Assembly (NCBI RefSeq): GCF_022045235.1
Contig: NW_027266264.1
Location: 67,022,001-67,086,000, forward strand
Source: Haliotis cracherodii
Lineage: Eukaryota
DNA: 64,000 nt
Direction of reading: 5' to 3'
Part shown: positions 51,118 through 62,822 of the stretch, one piece after another
How the letters are laid out: each line of letters starts with the position of its first letter
Numbering within the stretch: position 1 is the first letter of the stretch
Translations under genes and position numbers: made by a program
Notes under the pieces: generated by a model
The model's input: the letters and a program-made list of their open reading frames with translations, nothing else
Databases searched by the model: none
Told to the model about the DNA's origin: nothing

Positions 51118-51410
51118 GGATCGAAATGCACACCCCGATAAAAAAACAGGATCGAAATTGGACCAATCCGAAGCCTGGGTTGTCGACCAATCAGAGACCA
51201 TACTCGGGTCATGCGGGACTCTGAATGGTCGAACCGGGGTTGTGCTTTCTCTCCCATGGTAAAATCCATTTCCTATGGAAAAGAAACACAGGGGTCGGTC
51301 CGTTTTGGAAAACCGTGGTGCAGACCAGGCACCGAAACGAACCAATCGGGGGCGCTGCCTGGGGAACCAATCAGGAAGCAGGGTGTCAGTGGCTCTCCTA
51401 TAAAAACAAA
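51118..51410 (+). promoter_or_regulatory. Promoter cassette P4 upstream of zinc-knuckle gene
   Basis: CCAAT at ~51163, ~51187, ~51342 and ~51367; AAGAAACACA at 51281-51290; TATAAAA at ~51399. Confidence 0.8.
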
Positions 51411-51454
51411 ACAAGAGCGAAGCCACTCACACACACACACACACACTGCATTCT

Positions 51455-52057
51455 ATGAAACCCATCATGTCAGCTCGATACAGTTGTATGAAGTGCCAGA
51501 CCGACAGTCACAGTTACCTGTACTGCCCTGAAGTGACATGCCTCGAGTGTGACACTCAAGGTCACCGTCACTATGTCTGTCCGAAGATGAACAGTCAAGA
51601 GAAGCAGGAGAATCGGAACCTGGGTCCCTGTTACAACTGTGAAGCCATGGGTCATTTCGCTGCAGATTGCCCAGAACCCAGTCGAAAGAAGACTCCCCAT
51701 CGCCTGGACCGCTGTTACAACTGTCAAGCCCTGGGTCATTTCGCTGCAGATTGCCCAGAACCCAGTCGAAAGAAAACGCCAGCAACACCGTCCACGTCGA
51801 CACCCGTGGCACCCGTGACACCCGTGACACCCGTTACAAAAGTGGTTCATCTCATCGAAGACGTGCACGTCGATGTCCTCGACCTAAAAGAATGTCTCGC
51901 ACAACTCCGTGCAGGCATCACACCTCTTGTAGAGAAAAGAAAACGGGTCAGAAGCCTCTCAAGAAAGCACGCTTCAAAGCGCCGACGACACCTTCAGTCC
52001 GAGGATGAGATGGAAGTAGAGGATGAAGAAGATAGATCATCTGAACAAAGTGACTAA
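51455..52057 (+). CDS. CCHC zinc-knuckle nucleic-acid-binding protein (200 aa)
   Basis: Four CX2CX4HX4C motifs (CMKCQTDSHSYLYC, CLECDTQGHRHYVC, CYNCEAMGHFAADC, CYNCQALGHFAADC), followed by a basic NLS-like and acidic tail. Confidence 0.85.
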   Translation: MKPIMSARYSCMKCQTDSHSYLYCPEVTCLECDTQGHRHYVCPKMNSQEKQENRNLGPCYNCEAMGHFAADCPEPSRKKTPHRLDRCYNCQALGHFAADCPEPSRKKTPATPSTSTPVAPVTPVTPVTKVVHLIEDVHVDVLDLKECLAQLRAGITPLVEKRKRVRSLSRKHASKRRRHLQSEDEMEVEDEEDRSSEQSD

Positions 52058-52142
52058 CGCATGGGCCATGCTACCCCACTGTTTTTACCAGTGTCCCATC
52101 GTTTGCAGTTTTTCCAGTGTTCCAGTTTCCAGTTTGTTTTCC

Positions 52143-52703
52143 AACGGCCCTTTTCAGGGCCATCCATCTCTCCCGAAAGACAACTTTCCTCCTTTGCTTT
52201 GACGACCCTCCAACCCACACCATGAACCCGTCCCCTCCTCCTTTCCTCCCTCCCTCCCCCCCCCCCCTCCCTTCACCACCACCACCACCACCACCCTCAC
52301 TCCCTCCCTCCCTTCACCACCACCACCCCGTCTATGTTTAGAACAACAACAACAACCACAAACGATGTTTGACGCGCTTCTTTCCATGTCGATCCCGTTC
52401 ACCTTTTACGGGCGCTTCTCCGGGTTTCACCCCTCCCCCTCCTTCTCCCCGGAAACGGAGGCAACGCCCTCTTGGAGGCGTGCGCCACCGGACACGGAAG
52501 TGACGCCCTCTTGGAGGCGCACGCCACCGGAAACGGAAGCGACGCCATCTTGGAGGCACGCGCAGGTACCCATCATGCACTGCGCAGGTCAAGTGACCGG
52601 AAACGGATGTGCCGCCATCTTGGTTCCAGAATCCTGAGTGGTTCCAGAATCCTGAGTGGTTCCAGAATCCTGAGGTGGTTCCAGACAGATGTACTTTACT
52701 TCT
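52143..52703 (-). repeat. Right terminal inverted repeat (~561 bp)
   Basis: Reverse complement of 41494-42072. Confidence 0.95.
52146..52161 (+). terminator. Histone-type 3' stem-loop downstream of zinc-knuckle gene, HDE-like GAAAGA at 52175-52180
   Basis: CCAAC GGCCCTTTTCAGGGCC ATCCA TCTCTCCC GAAAGA, 88 nt after the stop codon. Confidence 0.85.
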
Positions 52704-53163
52704 AGTATAGACTTTTTCTCAATGACGGATAACGTCCGATAGCACAAATCAAAACAGATAGGGTCCTGTTTAACAAAACGCAGTCCTAAATAGAGAGTAT
52801 TATTTTGACTCTCTGCTATACATTGATAATTAAAGCGCTAAGATCGCTTTGTGGGCGGTGGTTCTCACAGTCTCGCAAGAAGTTCGGACAAAATAACTAG
52901 ACTGGCTTCTACCTGTTGTGTGTGTCTGATAAAAAAAGTAGGTCAGGTACTTGATCGCGTTACCGACCAACTGTCGCTCTCAACCAGTTCATGCCCTGTG
53001 CTATATGAAGAGAAGGAGTCGGCCGAAATACTTTATACTATTTCATCATTCCATTAGCGTTTATATATCACTCTCTGTGCAACACCGACTACTGATGATG
53101 TAGCTGTCTCTACCGCGACCGCTGCTTGTTTGAGGTCACAAGTGTACACCACACGTAACTATA

Positions 53164-56100
53164 ATGTTGTCGCGAGTCGCGTTTATCAATGTCCGACCTG
53201 GAAAGTCCACATCAGCCGTGTCTGTTTTGTGTCGATACAAGGCGACGTCTGCTCAAACTGACGATCGTGCAGCAGACGTCAAACCGTTCTCGGCGCTGCC
53301 CGGGCCGAAGGGCTTGTCTGTTGTCGGCACCTTGTTCGACATCATGAAGAATTCCGCCCGGATGAATGAAATGATTCAGAAACGTCACGGGACTTATGGA
53401 CCTATCTACCGGGAAAAGATGGGGAGGATAGATGCCGTGTTTCTGACGGATGTGGAGGCGGTAGAGCAGCTGTTCCGACAGGAAGCAAAGTACCCTGCTC
53501 GAATCCAACTGGAACACTGGATTAAGTACAGGGAGGACAGGGGTTTCAATAAAGGCCTTTTCATGTCGTACGTATATTCATATATTCATATATCTTCGTT
53601 GTATATTGTATCTGTATATTTGGTATAAATTTCAAATTGTATGCCGCCTCGAATTTGTCATGTCATTAGCAAATTTTGGTAGTGATAAATGTCCTCTGAT
53701 GTAAGTACCTGAGAGAGTTTAATTTTGCCCAGAACACAATCTCATTAAAATCAGACATTTACTCGATCTGACAAAAAAACCTTTGAGGTTACGTCAGATG
53801 AACATTCTAATCAGGCCATCAGCGATTATCTTATTTCTGCATTTCCAAAAATAATGTCAATCGGCATATTCGAATGGAGAGTGATAAAGGCTGCGTTTTA
53901 TAAATTTATGTTTTGGATAATGAAATTACCTTATCGTTTCTGAGCGCCATGGCGTCTACAATCGAAGGTCGTAGGATCGAGGGAACGTGTTCTGTGTTGA
54001 TTTTTTTTTCTTTCTGATTTTGAAATTTTCGATTGGATATGGTAGAGAAATTCAACCAAAAAGTTTTAGAAAGCTGACATGTAATTTAGTTGGTTCAAAA
54101 TTCCGTGTAATGTTCATCTTGATTGGGCTTTCAAAAGTTGATCAGGTTCGTCTGACGTCAAATGATTAAAATGATTTGTCAGATCCTGACGGAGAGATGT
54201 ATCGATTCGGTGTATAGCACTTTGATGAGACAAACCAAGAAACATACTCAGGGCCAATGTGGGATTCGACCCAAGTCAGAATTCTGGGATACCAAAGGGA
54301 CATAAACGCTTGAGGCGACTGGGTCTCTCTCGGTCCCTTTAATGTAAGAATGTTCTCTTTCATTTATTATAATATTATAATGATACAGTACTGCTAATAT
54401 GTAAGCTTAAGATTTCGGCCATACCCGTACGTAACACATGTTCTACATTTCCTACGTTTCCGAGAAACACCGCAATGAGTTGGGTCCGATATTTACACTG
54501 CAGATCAGGTGAAGCTTGGCGTTCCTTGAGGCGAGTGGTCGACCAGCATATGATGAAGATCAAGACAGTCGAGTCCTACACTGGAGAATTTAACAAGGTT
54601 GTTTTAGAGTTCTTGGACCGAGTAGGCAGGATTCGAACTTTGGACAAAGAGTTGCCTGCATTGAATAAGGAGCTATTCAACTGGTCTCTGGAATGTGAGT
54701 ATTTGTATAACGTGTTCTGAGTAATGTAAATGTGTTCTGGAGCAAGAGTATTCTGACCATTTGGTTAGGTTTGAGAATACATTTGATTCTTAAGAAACGC
54801 ATGCTTCATTTTCCAGAATGTACCTAAAAAGGGACTAAAGATGAGATTAGTTTAGAGAAATCAAGAAAACGAGTTAGTTCAGTTGGGTTGTCTATCGATA
54901 GATCACACAGTAATTAGAGGAATGCTTGTGTCTTCTCATGATATTCCATCATCTATTTACCTCTGGTCTGTCAGGGGTGGGACAAATGATTTCCCGATTC
55001 CACTGAAGATCCAGGGTAGAATAGGTCTTCAGCAACCCATGCTTGCCGTAAAAGGCGACTATGCTTGTTGTAAGAGGCGACTAACGGGATCGGCTGGTCA
55101 GGCTCGCTGACTTGGTTGAAGCATGTCATCGATCCCAATTGCGTGGATCGATGCTTATGGTGTCAATCACTGGATTGTCTGGTCTAGATTTGATTATTTA
55201 CTGACCGCCGTCATGTAGCTGGAATATTTCTGAGTGCAGCGTAACACAACAAATCAACCAACCAAACAACCCAATTCCACTGAACTTGTGTCCCATTGAC
55301 TATAGCAGAACAGAGCAATTTCATAATATAGACAAGCGCGTCTCTTTCCCTTGATGATCGTCGATAATTATAGGACCCCACGTCTCAAGTGGGTGCGCAG
55401 AGCATGCAACCCGATAATGTTTAACAGCACCATACCCGTGCTCGTGGTAAACGTCTGAGACCTGCATCACTTCGGACTTTCCTCCCACATCAAGATGACG
55501 GGAATACTGTTCAAATGGGCTCACTCACTGACTCATTCCTGTCCACTATTTCCTAGATATCATTAGACCTTAAATTTGGTTTTAAAATATTCCCGATTCT
55601 ATTTCTAGGTTTAACAACACCATACCCGAGCTCGTGGGTTTCACCAAAGTCTGAGACCTGCATCACTTCGGCTTTTCCTCCCATATCGAGATTACACGCT
55701 ATGATATTACTCACACGACTCATTCCCGTGTCCACTATTTCCTAGATATCCTTAGACCTTATATTTTGTTTAAAATTAACAGGAACGAGAAATATCCAAA
55801 GTTATTTCTCCAGCAGACCGATGCGCTTAACATTGCTGATCCGCCTCTCAATCGCGATATTTTCGCGTTTGGTTTCACATGACGCGAGGATACATTGCTA
55901 AACTAATGACTCTTTGTCCACAGCTATCGCCCGTATCCTGTACGAGAAGAGGCTGGGATGTCTGTCAGACAACAGGAGTGAGGATACCCAGGCTTTCATC
56001 CAGAGCTCCCATGACATCCATGAGACCACAAGGAAAATATTCTTCCTTCCGCCCAAACTGGCCCGGATCTTCATGCCGCGCACCTACAAACAGCATGACG

Positions 56101-59100
56101 CAGCGTGGGACGAGGCCTTCCGTGTTGGTAGGTCGCCAGCGACGCTTCCAAAATAAGCAAAGACCATCCGAAAGATGGTCTCAGATAATAAGCAAGTCAT
56201 GACAAATATTTGACCTTTATAGCGTACTTTTGTCTTTTTTCAACTTTGTATTTTTTAACCGAATGGCCGCCGATACGGATCTTCATGCCGCGCACCTACA
56301 AACAGCATGACGCAGCGTGGGATGAGGGCTTCCGTGATGGTAGATCGCCAGCGACGCATCCATAATCAGCAGAGACCATCTAATAGATGGTGTCTGATAA
56401 TAAGCAAGTCATATAAGTCTTGGCAAATATGTTTCGAATCAGATGCATCGATTTTATATACCTGCTATTTGTGCAGGAATACTATCCATGCGTCGTACTA
56501 CACAAGACACGTTGTTTTGCATCATTCATTAATTGGTATGTGGACAATGTAAATGCATTACTGACAGGTAGTGTCAGTTTCGTCTAAATACTAACTCTTT
56601 TCATGCGCTGGCTGGCTGCATTATAATATTTCTTAAACGTTAGAAATTATATGTGTCATGTTCATATACTTGATGTAAATTTCAGAAGAACTAGAGATAG
56701 AGAAAGAATGTTCGGAAAGTGTATATATCCATAGGCAGGCATGTCTTGTTTACTTTTGGATTCCTTCTTATTAAAGTCACTCGATGTTTTCACTGTTAAC
56801 TCTATATTTGTTTTTGTTTTTCTAGCCCACAAGATCACTGACGAGAGAATCAGGGAAATCAGGGAGACAAAGGAGGAAGGAGAACACGTGGGTTTCATCA
56901 CCCACTTCCTGAAAGAGGACAGCATGTCGCTTAAGGATGTCTACGCCAACATCTCCGAACTCATGGTGGCAGCTGTAGACACGGTGAGTGAGTGAGTGAG
57001 TGGCATCTCAGAACCTATGGGATCTCTAGACACAGTGAGTGTCATGAAAATCATGTGAGCTTATGTTGGGATCTGTTGTTTGTTGTCCCGTAATGCGTCG
57101 TAAATATCTTCTCGGAAGCCACTGAATTTTCAAATGCTTGTTCCCACCAATAATGACATCCCAGTTTTGTCAAGAGGGTCAAATTTGATTTTTAATACAG
57201 CCGCCATATTCAAAACATATATGAATATCAATACTGTTGACATTGACATTGTTGACTATGTCTGTGGACTATATATCCAGATGGGTAACAGTTTTCTTGC
57301 ACTATTTTGGTATGTTCTTCTTTACAGACGTCAAACACCGCTCAGATGTTGTTGTATGAGTTATCGAGACATCCACACGCACAGGAGGCCATCTTGGAGG
57401 AAATCACAAGAGTTGTCCCCCCTGGCGAGCAGCCAACTGCAGATCACCTGAAGGAGATGCATTACATCAAGGCGGCCATTAAGGAGACGCTCAGGTATGT
57501 ATCTACACACGCTTGTTATAGATTGCGTATGCAACCCTAGTGTGACTGTTAATATGCACTGATGTGTGATGTTGGGTTGTGTGAATGCCATAACGAGGGT
57601 TACATCTATGATTTATACTGTTATGTATGGAATGCTGTAAAAAGGGTATGATTCCTTTATCGTCTGTCAGTTTTAGTTTAATCCCGAACTCATTTGTCTT
57701 GAACATACCCTAGACTAAGGCGAACCTTTTCTTGGAGTATCGCTTGTTGGAGTATTGGAGTATCGGACGTTGGCTGGTGTTCAAGCTTTACACAAAGTCC
57801 CAGTCCTTTCTGTATGTGTCATTTGACACACTAGGATGTGTCCCACCGCCACCTAACTGTTCTTTGAAACCCGCCTTGTTGTCCCCTAGGTTGTACCCGA
57901 CCGGAAGTGTGGTGATTCGAGTATTGCAACAGGACGCTGTCCTACTCGGCTATCACGTGCCCAAGGAGGTAAGTGCGACAAACACTGTACGTTCGTTATA
58001 TCGAAATTATGCTAACACGAATATACTTATTGATCTATATAATTAGCATCTTCCCGAGGCAAAGGATTTGACTGACTCTAAAAGTCCAGTTACCACCCTT
58101 GCCGAACTAGACTGGAATTCTTGGCTCGATCGTATTACGAGTTATGTCCATTCTATGTCCCTCCTATTGACCAATCAGATTCCACTTCTCATATCACTTG
58201 CATTTGCTTCAAACAAATGGCGGCTCCCAGTCAAGACGATCTGGCTGATGATCAATATCTATATTGTAATAAAACGGCTCTTACCTCATGAAGTGCTTCA
58301 AATCACGTGAGCTCCTAAATTAATAGCATGAAAAGATTTGGAGCATATCTGTCGACGCCCAGTTGACGGTATACATCCTTTGCAAATCCTGCAGTCGACC
58401 GAAATCTGCACGTTGAAATCCATGTTGTTTCACAACAGAATGTCTATTTCGTTTCGCAATGTTGATTGGACTAACATAGACTCGTTAGTCCAGCAAAAAT
58501 ATAACTTCATAATTTTATCCAAGTTCGGAAATGGAAACTGGACTTTTACATCGATCGTTGTCCATGTAATCAAAGTATACCTTTCGTCTTGCATACAGTA
58601 ATAGCGTTCTGGACAGTTAAATATACACTTCGATTTGAAGATATTGATTTTGTTAATATTTACAGACTGTGGTGTGGATTGACCTCTACGGCTTCGGACG
58701 TCTACGACGTCACTACGAGGACCCCGACACATTCCGCCCTGAACGCTGGCTCCGAGCTACCAGGACAGTAAGCCCTCAGCCTTTTTCCTGGCTGCCGTTT
58801 GGGTTCGGACCCCGTATGTGTGTCGGTGGGTAGTACTCTTTCTTTCTTACCTAGATCTTTATCAGGTGTCAATTAAACATGCGTATGGACTTTTCCTTCA
58901 GGTATCAGTTTCACATTCTCACCGATTATTTCGGCAGATGTCAGTACCACGTGCACATTGACTATTTGGGCAGATGCCAATACCACGTGCACATTGACTT
59001 TTTGGGCAGATGCCATACCACGTGCACATTGACTATTTGGGCAGATGTCAGTACCACGTGCGCGTTGACCGTTTTGGTACATATCAGTACCACGTGCACA

Positions 59101-62100
59101 TTGACTATTTGGGTAGATGTCAGTACCACGTGAACATTGACTATTTGGGCAGGTCTCAGTACCACGTGCACATTGACTATTTGGGTAGATGTCAGTACCA
59201 CGTGCACATTGACTATTTGGGTAGATGTCAGTACCACGTGCACATTGACTATTTGGGTAGATGTCAGTACCACGTGAACATTGACTATTTGGGCAGGTCT
59301 CAGTACCACGTGCACATTGACTATTTGGGTAGATGTCAGTACCACGTGCACATTGACTATTTGGGTACATGTCAGTACCACGTGCACATTGACTATTTGG
59401 GTACATGTCAGTACCACGTGCACATTAACATTTTGGGCAGATGTCAGTACGACGTGCACATTAATTATTTGGGCAGATGTCAGTACCACGTGCACATTGA
59501 CTATTTGGGCAGATGTCAGTACCACGTGCACATTGACTATTTGGGCAGATGTCAGTACCACGTGCACATTGACTATTTGGGCAGATGTTAGTGCCACCTG
59601 CACATTGACTATTTGGGCAGATGTCAGTACCACGTGCACATTGACTATTTGGGCAGGCATCAGTTCTACCTGCACATTGACTATTTCAGCAGTTGTTTAT
59701 ATAGAGGATTAACCACTGTGTTCGGTTGTTACCGAAAAATCTACACACGAGTGATTAATCTGTCACGATTAGAACGAGGCTTTGCCGAATTCTAATTGTG
59801 ACAGATTAATCACGAGTGTGTAGATTTTTCGGTAACAACCGAACACAGTGGTTAATCCTTTTTCTCCCATAACAATATGCCATAAAAAGTCGAGCTCGTA
59901 GTTGAAGATTTCCCGTGTTTAGTAACCACTCGGGATTCCCCCCAGCCTCGTTTTCGAATATGCTCAGTAAGACAACTGTAACAGGTAAAAAGGTTCTAGC
60001 GAAGACAACTCACACGAAGTTTCCGTGACAGGCAAGCCACTTGTTAGCATTCGTGTTATGTTTTTTGTTAACTATTAAAAGCTGATGGGGGTAACGTTTT
60101 GAGAATTAGTAATGTGATTTGATATTTGTTAATGGTTTTGGATTTCTCGGCCCATAACTTTATTTGCATTCGTCTCGCCGTGACTATCATTTTCAATGCG
60201 CAACACTAAATAGGCCCACCTTTTTAGTGTATGTAAATACGTTATTCGTTTATTTGTTCGCTAGAAACAAATGTTATAAACCCAATTAAGAGGAAATTAA
60301 AGATTGTCTTATATATTGTGAACTATTGTTAACGAAAAACAAGTGCCCAAAGGAACTGTCAGCAGGATTGATCAGGCAAGATTTTATAATATTACCAACT
60401 CAGGCAACTGATCAGCTGATTACGTCTTCTCAAATCCTTCAATGGATTGTATATTGTTTGGACGAATTTACCTCTTTAAAACTAGTTTTACAGTGAATAA
60501 TTTAATGTGTAAAATGATGAATATTTCATGTCATCTTTTTAACAATTTTTTTTGTTCCTGAACATTGTGAGCCCATGTGCTTTTATGATATAAAGAAAAA
60601 CCCTTTTCAGTTGACAGTTTTTCTTTTGAACATAATATTTAACATCATGACACCAAATGTTACTAAATAAGTCATCTAATTTCCCCATATTTGTGAATGA
60701 CAAGACACAATGTGAATTTGACAAGCACAATAATTTTTTGTGTGTGAAACATAAATACATAGGATAGTATGTAAACAATAAATTATCATTTCAGTAGTTC
60801 CACAAATATTTGCATTTTAATACCCTTGTAATTTTACATTGTAATTTTACTGCAACAGTTACCTCCAAACTTTATTCTTTTGTTATTTTATCAGATTAGA
60901 ATTAAGACTTACTGATAAGGTAGTTTAGAATTAACATGTTCTTAAACATTCTTTTTATCTTCATGAAAACAAGACTTAATAATAAATATGTATTTGAGTG
61001 ACCTGTTCATATGTGATTTTTTTTGGGCAAAATGTATTTAAATTAAAATTAGACATTCCTAATGCATTTCTAAAGAAGTGGGTTTTTTCAGTAATCATGG
61101 TAAATAATAAATCTTTGGTTTAAAGAATATACTTGAGACAAACCTCAATACTCTGTATTGTCTGTAAATTCTGAAAATAATTGACTGTGATATTGAGTTT
61201 CTACCTAAAACTTATAATAAGAAATTAATTTTGAGATTATATCATCCTATCTAAAATACACAATATATTTTAAGATGCATAAATGTACATCATTGTTGAA
61301 AAAAAAGAATATTGCTCTTGAAAAAAATAACTATAAAAGGTTGATTGGTGCCCACCATCTTTATCTTCATCATTTTGTCTGCTCCCTATAATAAATCAAA
61401 ATAGTTAAGAAAAAATATAAATACATATATTACTTTCTGGAGTTTATTTAGATTTAGGTATGACTTAATATATTCAAGTTTTAACGGGGTAATGTTGTTT
61501 TTTCATAATGAGTTTCTTAATTGTCCTGAGATGGTATGTTTAAATAATTGAAGTCTTAATGTTTAAAAAATACCAAATAATTATAGGCCAAAATACATTA
61601 ATTATATTGATCTTGGTAAACTCCACCTGTTGAAAGGGGAAACAACTGCTGTGGTTGCAAAACATCTTGGTCGTGAGATGTACGGTCCGTCCAGCAAAGA
61701 TTGATCGTTTCCTGCATTAAAATTGAGTATTGCTCTAGATCCAAATTATCTGAGTGTTTATTTTCTTAAAATATGAAATTTAAGTCTCGATTAATTTAAT
61801 AGATCTATGAAATATGTTTTTGATCGGTCGGCTCTAGATCAAAACTTTGTTGGAACGTGACATTTCTTATGTGGTTGACAGTTGTTGTTTTTTAAAAATA
61901 CCAAACAATATGGTTTGTTTCACTATTTCATCCGTATTTTTACATGAATTAATTAACTGTTTCATGAGCTTTGTTATTAGCCTTGAAAACGCCCAGTAAA
62001 GAATGTACTGGAGTTGCTCCCCTGGTCCCGTAATATCGATGCGGTATCTCGCTTCGATTACCGTCTTCTCATTCTGCAACTGAATCTGGTACATTGGGAA

Positions 62101-62822
62101 GCCGAAATTCTCTGATATATCTCCATATATCATACCCCTTCTTCCCCCACAAACTTTCCTTCGGTCATCAACTTTCGGCAATGGAAACATTGTCACTACG
62201 GTAATGTTTTGCCTGCTGGGGATTTCCTGTACTAGACGACCTCGGGTATACCCGATCCGAAAATAGTGCCGTCAATTATTTTTAGCCAGCCAATCAAAAC
62301 ACGATGACACATCTCTCCACTCTCAGGCAGCCAATCAGATTAGGTGAAAAAAAATAAACCACTGCGAATAAACCACTGCTGGCGATTGAAGATCAAGCCC
62401 TGTTATGGGAGAATGGCTATTTAATCAGTAGAGTACAAATAAATAACCTGGTAACTCTATTACAGGCCGACGAGTGGCAGAGCTCGAGATGCAGCTGTTG
62501 ATATCCCAGGTGAGTTGGAAGGATCGGCGCCATCAAACCTCAACTGATTTATTTGATAAATGACAGTATGTCCTTAGAACCAAGCACAACCATACTTCAC
62601 CTGTATTAACTCTTCCAGCTGAGATTCACTTTCATGATCACATTAATTTTCCGTCAAATATCTACAGGTCTACTGTGACAATCCCTCATTTAGTCATTTT
62701 TGTTTCAGCTTGTTCGCAAATTCCAGATAGAGCCTGTATCAATGGAACCAGTCGAAATGAAGACGGACCTCCTACTATTGGCCAAAGATCCAATCAGAAT
62801 CCGTCTTCACGAGAGAGACTAG
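53164..62822 (+). CDS. Mitochondrial-clan cytochrome P450, copy C (9 exons; 2.7-kb insertion in intron 7)
   Basis: Same exons and splice sites as copy A. Substitutions include I-helix MGAAVDT>MVAAVDT, DIFETT>DIHETT and PKGLP>PKGLS. Confidence 0.88.
58934..59686. repeat. Minisatellite 3 (36-bp unit), third array
   Basis: Same unit as 15566-16535. Confidence 0.95.
59701..62413. mobile_element. 2.7-kb non-autonomous DNA element with long terminal hairpin and asymmetric 13-bp inverted repeat, no TSD (Helentron/Crypton-like, unclassified)
   Basis: Absent from copies A and B (empty site TTGTTTAT|TGGCTATT). Hairpin at 59705-59859. TTCTCCCATAACA (59862-59874) pairs with the terminal TGTTATGGGAGAA (62401-62413). 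Confidence 0.8.

Larger units (their letters stand above)
41494..52703. mobile_element. Polinton/Maverick-like element, 11,210 bp, non-autonomous (pPolB present; no integrase or capsid module seen)
   Basis: 5' end AGTAGTAAAGTACATC; 3' end GATGTACTTTACTTCT (1 mismatch to perfect). TSD AGTATA at 41488-41493 and 52704-52709. The empty site CTTCAGTAGTATAGACTTTT is seen at ~9314-9333. Encodes a protein-primed PolB. Confidence 0.95.
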
